Part shown: positions 14,427 to 29,800 of the stretch, piece by piece | Position numbering within the stretch: the stretch's first letter is position 1 | How the letters are laid out: each line of letters starts with the position of its first letter | From: the human T2T-CHM13v2.0 reference genome, Homo sapiens | Assembly (NCBI RefSeq): GCF_009914755.1 | Contig: NC_060942.1 | Strand: one strand, 5' to 3' | Length of the DNA: 64,000 nt | The notes under the pieces: model-generated | Database searches by the model: none | The model's input: only the letters and a program-made list of their open reading frames with translations | Told to the model about the DNA's origin: nothing | Program-made: the position numbers and the translations under genes

Positions 14427-14840
14427 ATGTTTGTCAACTGCTCCCCCCAACCCCCAAATTCTTATGTCGAAGTCCTAACCCCTAGCACTTTGGAGTGTGC
14501 CCTTATAGGGAGATAGGGTCTTACAGAGGTAATCAAATTAAAACAAGGTCATTAGCATGGGCCCTAATCCAATATAACTGCAGTCCTTATAAGAAGGAGA
14601 AATTGGACATAGAGAAATGTATAGAGGGAAGGCAAGGTAAAGAGACATAAAGAGAAGATGGCTACCTACCAGCCAAGGAGAGAGGCCTGGAACAGATCCT
14701 TCACTTGCAGCTCTCAGGGAAACCCACCCTGCCCACAGCTTGATTTTGGACTTTAGTCCTCCAGAACTGTGAGAGAATAATTTCTGGTGTTTAAGCCACT
14801 CAGTTCACGGTACTTTTTAATAGCAGCCCCAGCAAATACA
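14427..14840 (+). mobile_element. MaLR LTR (MLT1B-like)
   Basis: GAAGTCCTAACCCC..GGGCCCTAATCCAATAT..GCCAAGGAGAGAGGCCTGGAACAGATCCT..CCAGAACTGTGAG. Confidence 0.85.
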
Positions 14841-14938
14841 ATCCTGGAAGCCAAGGGGGAAAAGAGAAAGAGAATCCTTACCAATTTGTTGAACTTTTGC
14901 AGATTGCTAAGCACTGTGATGCACATTACCTTGCCTGG

Positions 14939-15122
14939 CAGGGCTGTCTTCACCGCCATGAGACCTGTGCAGTCACACAGTCACACAGCGCTCTGTTCTC
15001 AGAAGCACCCAGCACTTGGTTCAATGCCCTGCTGTTGTCATCTTAAAATTCTTCATGATTTTTTAAACCAGGGACCCCACATTTTCATTTTGCACAGGGC
15101 CCCCCAAATTGTGTGGGTCCTG
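14939..15122 (+). mobile_element. MER91A-like (hAT-Tip100) DNA transposon
   Basis: CAGGGCTG..GACCTGTGCAGTCACACAG..ATTTTCATTTTGCACAGGGCCCC..CCTG. Confidence 0.75.
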
Positions 15123-16032
15123 TCACCTGGTTATCCCAGTAATCTCGTGAAGTAAACAGAGACTGTCGTTACTTGTGTTTATTAATAACGAAACCAAAGC
15201 TGAGAGATGTTAAGCAACTTGATCAAGGTCAACAGACCTCCCCAGAGTTGGATCAGAGATCTGAGATCTCTGATCCAATGGCTTCTGTGTCCACCCAATT
15301 TTGAGATTCTGTCATTCTAGAACCTATGTAAAATGTAAGAAAATTTGGAGCTAAACCTTTACACAGCTGCCTTGCCTTCACTCGATTATCCTGTCTGAAG
15401 TTTAACACATGAAAGCCAGCTTGGGGTCTTCTGGATAGTCAAGAGGTTCCTCTACCAGCCTCATCTTGGTCACTGGTCTGCTCTAGTCTACTTCTATCTG
15501 TGTTCCTGTTAGACTTCATATCTGGAAAAGCAGGGTTCTTACCTGCCCAGGCCCCAGGTCAACCTGGCTTGGGTTCAGATAGAAACTGCTGACCTCAGGT
15601 CACTGGATTCATGTCCTAAGCCAAGGTCCGTGAAAAATATTAGGAATTAATCAATTAACCTCTTCCTTGATTCTAGATATTCGCTCTCTCATTTTTCCTG
15701 GGATAAACCAACCCTTCTGGTTGGTCTGGTATAAAGTTTCACTGTCTCTCCCATCTCCTTTCTCTCCTCTGTCTTCCCCCTTGAGTCTTTGCTTTACTGA
15801 TGTTCTTCCATTAGGCCAACTGTCCCTTTCCCTTGACTTTCTTACCTTTTCCCCAGCCACTGTTCCACCGCGGTTTTCTAATAGCCTCTCAGTTCTTCAC
15901 AGCTCTGCCTCCATCACCACCACATCCTCCCATCGGTGTCCTAAGTAAACATTTCACAAAGTGTTGCTGCATTACTCTTGGGTTCTACTCAACTAGGTCA
16001 TTTTCCAAGTTCATGAAAATTGGAACAGGTAA

Positions 16033-16353
<321 letters not shown>

Positions 16354-17269
16354 TAAGTTGTTTGCGCACATGTCTTTTTTTGGACAACTTCTCACCCATT
16401 GTGTGTGGTCTTGTGGGGCTGTCAGCCTCCTTGGTGCCTTCCCATAGGACCCAGGGTGGCCAATCAGAGTATCCTATCCTCCAGTGATTGGCTCTAGGAT
16501 TCCCAGGTGACACAAGCAGCACCATCAGAATCATCCTTGCCAATGGGGATCTAGAAAACTGGAGGGAGATGGTCTCTCTTCCTCTACAAATGGGCAAGCA
16601 TGGAGACCAATGCCAAGAGGAAAGAGCAACTAAAAGAAGTGGGGTGGGATCCAGATTTAAAGACTCTAACTTGATGAGATCTCTAGTGATGGTTACTTGC
16701 TCACAGAGTCAATGGAGACCAAATTGACCAGCAGCCATTTAATGTTTTAAGGGCAGGTGGTGTTGGAAAAAACTGAAGTTTGGCAAAGAGGAGTCTTGAA
16801 TGCCCAGAGTGATCGTGCAAGATGGGAGCTAGTACTGTGCTCAGGATCTTTTCCTTTTTTAATGTATGGGGATTTCTGTGTTGTTCTAATGCTTGGGGGG
16901 TGCTTTTGGCATTGTGAGACAGGAATGCTAGACTCTTGCAATGTGCAGGACAGTTCTACAAAATGAAGAACTTGCTCTCCCTCTGCAGGAGAGAAAAAAA
17001 CCAAACTGTAGAAAAAAACAGAATCGTGGTGTCACTGAGTGAACGTATGTATCCAGCCCTGCAGATGCCTGAGATCCACCCTCAGGCTGTACCTTTTCCA
17101 CTGAAGCCTGTTTGCACTGGGTTTGGTCACTTGCAACAGAAAGAGAACTAACAATTTCACACACAGTGGGACTTACAAGTGCTCTGGTCTTCTGCAATTG
17201 CCTTCCATAAGTCTCTAGTCTATACACTCAATTAAAATTCATATTAATTTAAATCCATATTAAATCTTC

Positions 17270-17790
17270 CATCTGCCCACAAATCTGACCATGTCATTCC
17301 CCTGTCCTAAGTTCTCGTTGGCTCCTCTTTGCCTAGAGGCTCCAGGTAAGGCACAGAGAGCCCTTGTGCCTGAGGGCTGACCACCTCTCCTGCCTCGTCT
17401 CTGGCCACTTCCTGCCTCACTCTCTATACTCTAGAACAACTGCACTGTTTGAGGATTTCTGCAGTCTCACCTGTCCATGTCATTGCTCCTCTGCCTGGAA
17501 TCCACTTCCTACCTCTTTTGTCCAGAGTCAGCTCAGTCATCAAACCCCTCACAGGAAGCCTTCCATGAACCCCCAGCTGGACTAATGCCCCTATTCTGTG
17601 CTCCCAAAGCACACAGCGTATAACTCTATCTTATGACCATCTTACATTAAAAGATCTGTCAGTGTGTCTGTCTCACCCACTAGACTAGAAGATTCTCAGG
17701 TTCAGGGGTTGTATTTTATTCAATTATGTCTTCCACAGCAGCTAGCATACAGTGGCTGGCACATAGTAGGTCCTCAAAAAAGATCCTGTT
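17270..17790 (+). mobile_element. L2 fragment
   Basis: L2 3' motifs (TCTGACCATGTCATTCCCCTG; CTCTGCCTGGAAT; ACAGTGGCTGGCACATAGTAGG). Confidence 0.65.
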
Positions 17791-18040
17791 GAACTGAACT
17801 GGTCCTTGTCGTAGGTCAAATATGATGGTGTTTCTGATGAATCATAAGTCATATTGGATGACGTCTGGGATAACCTGCAGTTTACAGAATCTATCATTCT
17901 TTGAGTGAACCACTGGTGTGCCTATGACTATTTTTATGGCCCTTGTATGAAAAAAAAAAGCTCTCTAAAGACAAATACTTTTTTAAATGGCTTGAGTTAC
18001 TTAGTTGAACAGAGGAAAACAAAATGAAAAATGAATGCTT

Positions 18041-18341
18041 TTCTTTTCTTAAGAGACAAGGTCTCACTCTGTCACCCAGATTGGAGTACAGTGATACAAT
18101 CATACCTCACTGCAGCCTCAAACTTTTGGGCTTGAGTGATCCTCTTGCCTTAGCTTCCCAAGTAGCTAGAACAACAGGGGCCTACCACCACACCTGGCTA
18201 GGCTTTTAAAATTTTTCTAAAGATGAGGATCTCACTATGTTGCCCAGGCTAGTCTCCAACTCCTGGCCTCAAGCAATCCTCCCTGCCTTGGACTCTCGGA
18301 GCACTGGGATTACAGGGGTGAGCCACCACACCACACCCAGC
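18041..18341 (-). mobile_element. AluJ
   Basis: Antisense Alu dimer with J diagnostics. Confidence 0.9.
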
Positions 18342-19850
18342 ATTTTTTATTTACACAAGGCCATTTTAGTTCCCCAAGCAAGCACAGTGCAGAGGCAAAC
18401 ACCACTCCAGAGGCAGAAGTGAGGAACAAGGCTACTAGAGGTGGTTACCTTTCTGGAGCAGTAAGGGAAGTAAGATTGCTCCTGAGCCCAGCCAGCTGTT
18501 GTTCTTTGGCCTGGATTTGGGAAGGAAGAAATGAGTCCCTGTGGCATCTAAGCATCCAGTTCCCTATCTGTGGGTATAGACAGCAGCATTCTCATTTTCT
18601 CTTTATCATCTCACAGTATATCCTTGTTTTTACTGTTTTTGTCTCAGAGGAGGTGGTAGGGTGAAGAGAGTGAGGAGAAGTGAAAAAATGTGTATTTTTA
18701 GCCATGACACAGCCAAATGTTCTGAGTCTTCTTTTATAACCACATTTAAAAATAAATGTCAAGAGTTAGGAATTAAGTGATTTCTTAGTGTCCACATCCT
18801 CCTTCCATCCTTAGTGTGGGCGTGTCTCCTTCTGACCTGGTTACCCTTGTGTGGTGTTTCTTTCAACTCCAGATGTATACATTGCTGCTACATGGAATTT
18901 TTTAAAGTCATCACATGAAATGCTCTTGTTTTTAAGGTTAAAATATGCACCTTTATTCTGAGTTTAATATAATAATACAACTGTTCCTAGGCAAGGATGT
19001 GAGCATGATTTACCATGAAAATCATGCATTCCACTGTGCTTTCACTCATTTTTCGTGCAATATTTCTCAAACATATACTAAGGGTAACAAATCAGGCAAT
19101 GTACACAAAGATGAATAGCCACACTGCTTTCTGGGAGTTACCATCTGGACAACTCTTTCTCATAAGGGGCTCTGAAATGTGCTGACATTAGACTCACCTG
19201 AGGTTATTGCTAAAATGCAGATGCCTGGGCTGCACCCTAATTTTGCTGAATTAGATCATATATGAGATAATGTATTTTCATGCCTTCAAAATGCCTTCTA
19301 ACTAAGGAATGGTACGACTTTCAGGAAGAACTAATGCCATGAAATTCATAAGCGTGTGTGTGAATGCCCTCAGTCAGGTTTCCAGAAGGTACTAGATTTT
19401 AAGTTAACAACTAAGACTGAACCACTGTGGGCAATGAGATCTATGTTTAAACCTCACTGTAACCATTACCTGCTTCATGGCCTTGGGAAAGTTATTAAAC
19501 TTGTCTTTCTCCTCACATCTTTAAACTTGGGATAAAGCCCACCTTACAGAGTTACTTTGAGAATTAAATGGAACAACATTTGTAAAGTCTTAACCCAGCA
19601 CCCAGCACGTAGTGATGCTAGCCAGCAGTCATTCTAGATTTTTGGACACTCTTCAAAGATAAGATTTTTTTTCATAATAAAATATTTTTTTTGCCCCAGG
19701 TATATAAAAGCACAGGATTCAAGCCATTAACTCCCTTCTCCCACTGCTCTGCACCCTGTGGTTTAAAATGATTAAAATTCTTTTTCAATTAACAGCTTTA
19801 TTGACATATAATTTATATACACAAAAGTCACCATTTAAAGTATACAATCT

Positions 19851-20150
19851 GGCCAGGCAAGGAGGCTTATGCCGGTAATCCCAATACTTTGGGAGGCTGA
19901 AGTGGGAGCATCTCTTGAGGCCAGGAGTTTAAGACCAGCCTGGGCAACAAAGCGAGACCCTGTCTCTAAAAAAAAAAAAAAATTAAAAATAAAAATTAGC
20001 TGCAGTGATGTGTAGCCTGCAGTCAGGAGGCTAAGGTTGGAGGACGGCTTGAATCTAAGAGTTTGAAGCTGCAATAAGCTATGATTGCACCACTGTACTC
20101 CAGCATGGCCGACTGAGTGAGACCCTGTCTCAAAAAAAAAAAAACAAAAA
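19851..20150 (+). mobile_element. AluJ inserted in an antisense L1M 3' fragment (about 19785-20240)
   Basis: Alu dimer with poly-A tail; L1-type sequence on both sides. Confidence 0.88.
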
Positions 20151-20223
20151 ACCCAATAACTAAATACAAGTCAGTGGTTTTCAGTGTATTTACAGAGTTA
20201 TGCAACCAATCACCACTATCTAA

Positions 20224-20626
<403 letters not shown>

Positions 20627-21638
20627 TAGCAGTTATTTTCTCCTTTACATACCTTAGGAGACTACAGATGCTTTCTTTAAGGTATTATTTTCATCTTTCT
20701 AATTTACCTCCTGCAATTGTCTTCAAAAATTTGTTCACATCGTTTTAAGTATCTTCGGTTGGGGTAGATCATCTTTTGAAGATGGACGTGAAAGTAATCA
20801 AAAACAGTGATTATCTGTCTTCATTGACCAGCAGAGGAATACAAACTGGTTAATGCTATCGGGGCGGGGGCGGGTGGGGGGGAGACGGCGATCAAAAAAC
20901 CAAGGATTAACTGTAAATTAGTGAGACAGGCGATCTACTGTGGCCCATATCTGAACTCTAAAGGTGTAAAGAATGAACAAATTAATAAAAACATCAGTAA
21001 TTATCAATGCATAAGATATAAGTTTGTTATAATCATCTAGGGAGATAGTGTTAAATCAGTCCAGGAATAAATGGATTCTGACAAACTTGGCACCAAGGTC
21101 TACTATGACACTTACCATATTGTGCTATGAATGTGTATCTGGCTACGTGTCTCATCAGGATGAGCTTCTCTAGGGCAGGGGCCTTGTCATATTTGCCTAA
21201 ATATTGCCAGCACTTACCCCTGTTGCTGACACAGTCGGAGCACCCAGTGAGTATACTACGAAAAACCAGAGTATCAGGCTCATGAGCTCTAGGCTGTGCA
21301 TAAAGGAGATACCTGTTATGAATTACTTGCAGATAGAAAACTTTTTCTTCAACAGGTTCCTTAAGTTACTTTAGGGGAATTCCGTGGCACAGAGTTCTGG
21401 GTTGAGACACACGGATTGCTAAGTAACCCCAGAGCAAAACATAAGTGACTTACCAACAAGGAATTATTTTATATTAGCAATGCATATGTCCTTGTAAACA
21501 AGAGCTGACTGCAAAACATGTTGGACACACAGAACATAGAGGTGCATTTTAAAACTCTTCATACCAAATATTATCTATTTCTTTGTCCAAAATAATACTT
21601 AGGGATTATTAAAGCAGAAATAATTCAGGTCCAAATGA

Positions 21639-21987
<349 letters not shown>

Positions 21988-22854
21988 TGAAGAAAATCTG
22001 TACTTCTTCCTCATGCTGCATTAACAATAGTGAACATGTATTGTTTATGTTCGAAACAGTTTAAATTAATCATCTCTATATGATGCAACTAGTTATTTAA
22101 TTGCACAGACTTTATTTTAGCTGGGAATTTCAAGATACTGTTGACAAGTAAATATGTGAACAGAAGGACACACTGACTTTAATTAATATCTGAAAATAAA
22201 TTGTATAGGTTCTAATAATATCTTGGTATTACAGATTAACAAAGCATGTTCACGTGCCCACTATCTCATTTACTTGCCTTGAAGGTACTGATTATCTTCA
22301 TATTATAAATGGGGAAATTGAGGCTGAAAGAGATGAAGTAAAATTGCCCCAAATCACAAAGTCAGTGCATTGCAGGACCAGAGTCATAACCCACGATTTA
22401 GACTCCTGGCCTAATCTCCTTTCCCCTCTGAGTCCAACTCATCCCCTCTGTAGCTCACCCTCACCATTCAACTTACAAACAGGTCATGAACACCTACTGC
22501 ATGCTCTCGAATGTCCGAGGGAATCTGACTACACTTTAAGATTTGGAAACAAATCCACTCTGAGAAGCAAATGCCAATACTGCTGCTGCTTCCACCCAAA
22601 ATAGATTCATATACTTTGTTAGATGAACCAAAAGGTATCTCCTTCTTCCTCCTGCACTCAGGGGAGAAGCCTACTGATTGGAGAGAAGAGCTCGGACATG
22701 CCATTTGCCTTCTGTTTATGCAGGAAAAGATTAATACTACCTTAGCATAAGCCCAGGATTTTTAGTAGGAAACAAGGTAAAGTTACGTGAATAGAAGGAA
22801 AGTACCTTTCTTGTTTAGATAACAATGGGGAATCCAGATAGAAATTAGTCATAG

Positions 22855-23502
22855 TGCCACTGTTGGTTGGAGTGTAAATTAGTCCAACCATTGTGGAACG
22901 CAGTGTGGCCATTCCTCAAAGAGCTAAAAACAGAATTCCTATTCGACCCAGCATTCCCATTATTGGGTATATAACCAGGGAAATACAAATCGTTCTGTCA
23001 TAAAGACGCATGTACACATGTCTTCGTAAAGACACATAATTCAACTGCAGCACTATTCACAGTAACAAAGACATGCAATCAAACTAAATGCCCATCAACT
23101 GTAGATGACATAAAGAAAATGTGGCACATATATACCGTGGAATACCACACAACCATAAAAAAGAATAAGATCATGTCCTTTGCAGGGACATGGATGGAGC
23201 TGGAGGACATCATCCTTAGCAAACTCACACAGGAGCAGAAAACCAAACACCACATGTTCTCACTTATAAGTGAGAGCTAAATGATGAGAACATATGGACA
23301 CAAAGAGGGGAACCACAGACGCCAGGGTCTGCTTGAGGGTAGAGGCTGGGAAAAAGGAGAGGATCATAAAAAATAACTATTGGTCACTGGGCTTAGAACC
23401 TGGGTGATGAAATAATCTGTACAACAAACCCCTGTGACATGAGTTTACCTCTATAACAAACCTGGACATGTACCTCCAAACCTAAAATACCAGTTTAAAA
23501 AA
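22855..23502 (+). mobile_element. L1PA (older primate L1) 3' end
   Basis: GTAAATTAGTCCAACCATTGTGGAA; ATCATGTCCTTTGCAGGGACATGGATGGAGCTGGAG; CTGTACAACAAACCCCTGTGACA. Confidence 0.9.
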
Positions 23503-24341
23503 TTCTAGTGGAAAGATTTTTTTTGCTGTTAAACAATCCAGAGAAAACCCACCAGGGCACTGAATAGAACCTGCTACCATTTAACACTTCCCTTATCCAT
23601 GGGACTGGAACTCATCTACTTTCCTCTCCAGGGACTCAGTAGACACATGTCTTGAAACCAGAGACGGCCTCTCCCTCTGCAGAACAAGTCAGTAGACAGA
23701 CAAGAGAAGTAATGGACATTCACCCAAGGCTGCAAAATGTGCAAGTCATGAGGAGGGACCAAAGGAGAGGAAAACTTGATTATCTCTAAGGAAGAGGGAG
23801 GGATGGTAGATCCAGGGAACAGGGACTATCAATGAAAAGGAAGGAGATGGGTTAAAGGGAAGGGAGGCATAATGGGGAGAGAGAATGAAACTATCTGAAG
23901 ACCAACAGAAGACCTGCAGTCACACTCAAAGACACACCCCAGTCAAGGGCTAGTGCAGGAGAGATCACTGCTTAAGCTTCCCAGGGGAGGAAAGCGGTGG
24001 AGGAGAGACAATGCCTTCTTCCCCAGTTTTGTCCCTGACTCTCTACAGCAGCAGAACAATGATCTCTAGTAAACACCTGCCTAAACCATTACTGCACTCC
24101 AGTGGCTATGTGGTTTATGAAAAGGCAGGTGAGGAGGCGTCCAACCCAAAGGGGGATGGTTTCCTGGCCCATGGTAACTGCTGTGGTTTCCCAGGGCAGC
24201 CATGAGTGTCCTCTCAGAGACACACATCCAACTGCAAAAACAGCCAGGTGAACCTCACTGGTCCACAACTATGTTCCCTTCCTTAGAGGCAAGTTAGTGA
24301 TCCACCTATGAGCAGAAAAGGAAGGAACTTGCTGTATGGTT

Positions 24342-24726
24342 TGTTAAAAGAAAGACTTTAGATAAATTAACAGAGTTTAATTGAACAAAGAACAATTGGA
24401 GAATTGGGCAACTCCACCATCAGAATAGATTCAGAGCAACTGGCGCTGTCATGCGTCAGAGAGGATTTATGGACAGAAGAAAGTAAGTGACATAAAGAAA
24501 ACAGAAGTGAGATACAGAAACAGTCAGGTTGTTTACAGCTCGGGGTCTGCCTTATTTAGCTACGGTTTGAACAGTTGGCTGCTGTGATTGGCTGAAACTC
24601 CGCTACTTGTTACAAGAGTTTGTTACAGTCTGTTTATGCATCCAGTTGGGCTACAGTTCACTATGTATGGAGAAATCTTTAGGCTAAAATATGTAAGAAG
24701 GCAGCTTTAGGCTAAACAATTTAATA
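24342..24726 (-). mobile_element. ERV1 solo LTR, MER57-type
   Basis: Reverse complement resembles the MER57 start (TTTAGCCTAAAGCTGCCT..TACATA..GCCTAAAG..CATACATAGTGAACTGTAG), with a CCAAT box. Confidence 0.8.
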
Positions 24727-25050
24727 GGTTTTACATAGCAACCCTTGACCTGATTTGCCTTCTAGTTAAAGGTAGTTAATTAAATCTTACTTCACCTTCA
24801 GTAGAAGAGCTGAATGGGTAAAGCTAGCACAACATAAAAATAGTGATATTAATTTCCCTACTCTCCTCCTTCTTAGAATTCCAAACATTTTGGGAACCTG
24901 TATTTATTTTGATGGATAATATGGATTTACAAAAAGATGCACAAAGGCATGACTGTTAGCATCACTGAAAAATGTAATACAACCAAAGTACACACAGTAA
25001 GGTTTTCTTGTGGTACTTTATTCTTCGAATGCATTTAAAGTATAATTCCA

Positions 25051-25362
<312 letters not shown>

Positions 25363-25409
25363 TCAAAACATGTTCAGGAAGACAAGGGTAGGGTATGTTT
25401 GTTGATTGT

Positions 25410-25925
25410 CGCTCTCACATCCATTCCCTACCTCTCTTTTCCTAACAGATCTGGGATTTCCCAGCCAGGTAGTTTGGGTGAAATAGGTTCTACCCATCCA
25501 GGTCCTGGAGCAGACCCTGACTGGCATAATCCAATTAGCATGATCTGCCCCTCCTACTCACATTAATTGGTGCAAAGATGGGCACCTGACTACAATCTTG
25601 CCAATTAAAGCCAGTGAGATTTAATTAGGGGATTTCAGTTAAGCTGTTAGAGAAGCAATGCCTTCCCGCTGGATGTAGCCAGCAAGCATGTAGCTCTGGG
25701 AGCTTCCAAAAACCTTTTGGGACCAGGGGAGGCGGCCCTGTCTGAGAATAGAGCCAATAAACACCAAAGTGGCAAAGCTAAGAGGTCAAGAGGAGAAACT
25801 GGGTCCTGGTTAGTGTTGAAGCCAGGGATACAGCCTCATTTTGTAAAACTTCTCTACACCAATCAATATGTTTGCTTTGCTGAGCCAGTTTGGGTCAGGT
25901 TTTTCTGTCATTTGCAACCACAACA
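25410..25925 (+). mobile_element. Old MaLR LTR (MLT1-family)
   Basis: 3' end GCTGAGCCAGTTTGGGTCAGGTTTTTCTGTCATTTGCAACC typical of old MLT1 LTRs. Confidence 0.55.
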
Positions 25926-27143
25926 CCTTATTTTTTAAAATCTACCTTCTTTTACTGATCATTTGAAATTAAAGTTTCATTTTCACAGTGAAATCAAATG
26001 AAGAACCACAAAATACTGGCAACACCCACTGCAGAAAGGAAGTGGGTTATTTCCACCACTCGCTGGCTTTTCTTTTTCTCTTTTTTTCTCCCTTTTTTCC
26101 ACTCTCTCTGTCTCTCAACTTCCAAAGGAAACACTCGGATAAATCCTATTTGGCTGAAGTCAAGTGCACTGAAGACTGCATTAGTTTTGCAGGAAGGTGC
26201 TGAGAATCTCACAGTGTCAAGTATATGGTGTCCTGGAGTGTTAGGAATCTAGATTTTCCTTCCTTTTGTAGGTAATTTGCACCATGACTTCTTAGATATC
26301 ACTATCTGCCTTTATAACCTGCCATTTTTATCGAGTGGAGAAAACACAGCCTTAACTCTCCCTTGCAATGTGAATCCGGGGCAGGTGTCAATGCCAACTA
26401 CAGCTGCCACAAGTATTACTAGTCCACGTGTTCTCTTCCTTCAGGATTTGGAGGCCCATTTTGAATCTTTTTGTATCCCTCACCACGGGCAAATATTTTA
26501 AAATGTCCCTTCATGATGATGATGCTAATGTAACTGTTTTGGTACCTGGTTAAATCCAATTTTGCACATATCTGGTGTGTATTACATGGTAGAGTTATCC
26601 CTCTATCCACGCCACCCCTCCCCTGCCTATTGTGGGGTGCTGGGCGGTTGCAGTGGTCCTTGCCTTAATTGTTCAACAATTAAATTTCCCTGTCTGCACA
26701 ACGGACTGTGTGAGGTTCTTGAGACAGAACTAGCCCCACAAAGAGTGCTCTGACTTTGCTCACCCCTCCCCACATCCTCAGCTGCAGGGCCTCAAGTATA
26801 ACTCATAAACATAGTGTCATCAATTCCTTGAAATTCTTGTTTTTTCTTCCCAGTAATAGGGACATACAGGACTGTGCTTGGCTGTCTTTCTCAGTTGGGG
26901 TACTGCAGGCTATCTCCTATGTCTGATATTTTGCTCTTGGCTTCTCTCCCTTATTGACTAGACTGCTTCAGGGATCTGGGCAAATGGTTCCACAGATCCA
27001 AAGTTCCAGCAGCCTGTAAGTGCATGTTGTCAGGGTGACCTCGGGCAGTGTGTGGCCAGGGGAGCCCTCCATGCCAATGGCCTCATGTGGGCCTCAATGA
27101 GCAGTACAGTCCCTAAGACCTGCGTTTGAGGGCCCTGCCCATC

Positions 27144-27146
<3 letters not shown>

Positions 27147-27180
<34 letters not shown>
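27147..27180 (+). repeat. (CA)17 microsatellite
   Basis: Direct read. Confidence 0.95.
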
Positions 27181-27183
<3 letters not shown>

Positions 27184-28319
27184 TAAATTTATTTAAAAAC
27201 ATACAAGCACCTCTGTAACTTGGGATCTGGCATTCAGTGCTGCCTCAGTGGGGTGCATAACCCTCAACATCCATTCTCATGATTGATGCCATGCAGGCTC
27301 CAGGGAACGCTTCTTCTCATCTTTAGCTCAGTGCCCTAAAAACAAAAGGTTACAGCCTCTCAGTGCCATGAAGGATGGTGACACTGCTGATGTTTGAGAC
27401 TAACATTATGTTAAATCCAAGAAAACCTAGATTTTCTTTTAAAGGTCAGCTTGTCAAATCCTTCTTCTCAGACAGCATGAATGCAGTGACTCCTGCATTA
27501 CAACGTACTGTTTCCCAAGGATGTGAATCGTCCATTTTCTTGCTTCTGTCAGTGTTCCAGTTTGTGGTTCCAGATGTACTCAAGAATTAGCATGGCTTTG
27601 CAACAGTTACACATGACACTTAAGGAGTGGCAGTAATTCTTATTACTCTAAAATTTCTATTTATAAAAGTTGAAAATCCTGTATGGATTTAGATATTCTT
27701 ATAAGGGATGGTACAATTTACAAAATAAGTAAAAGCAACTTACATGACAAAATTATTTTGCATTTTTCTGTAATAACTTATTATATTGGTCCCATGATAA
27801 TGGATGACATAATGTTTAAAATTCAGGAGTTATTTCTAAACCTGAGGATTGCTTTCATTTAAAAAAAATTCTGTTATAAATGTTTCAGCAAAGTTTCTTC
27901 AAGTTGAAATTAATAAACTACACTCTAAAAACGACAGCGACTCAAGGAAGGTTGTCCAATTTGGCATTAGAGCATAATCTTGATTGCAACACTACATTAA
28001 GGGATTTTGCTAAATTAGAGAAAAATAAATTTGTGGAAAAAACATAAAGATGATTTATGAATTGCTTGTCTCTAGAATATTAGGCATCCAGATATCACCA
28101 GCCCATCATCAGAACAGTGAGACTTCTGTGATAATGGTTAAATTCAGTCACTTTTGATGTTTTGCTGACATTTGGTCATATGAACGCCAAAGCTTTGCAA
28201 GAATAATTGGCAGTGTGAGAATAGAACACACTTTGGCAGCTGAATTTATAACTTTTAAATATTTGGGCACATGGCATATAGGCCTCCATTTCCCCTCCTG
28301 CCCCACTGCGCAAATGTTG

Positions 28320-29800
<1,481 letters not shown>

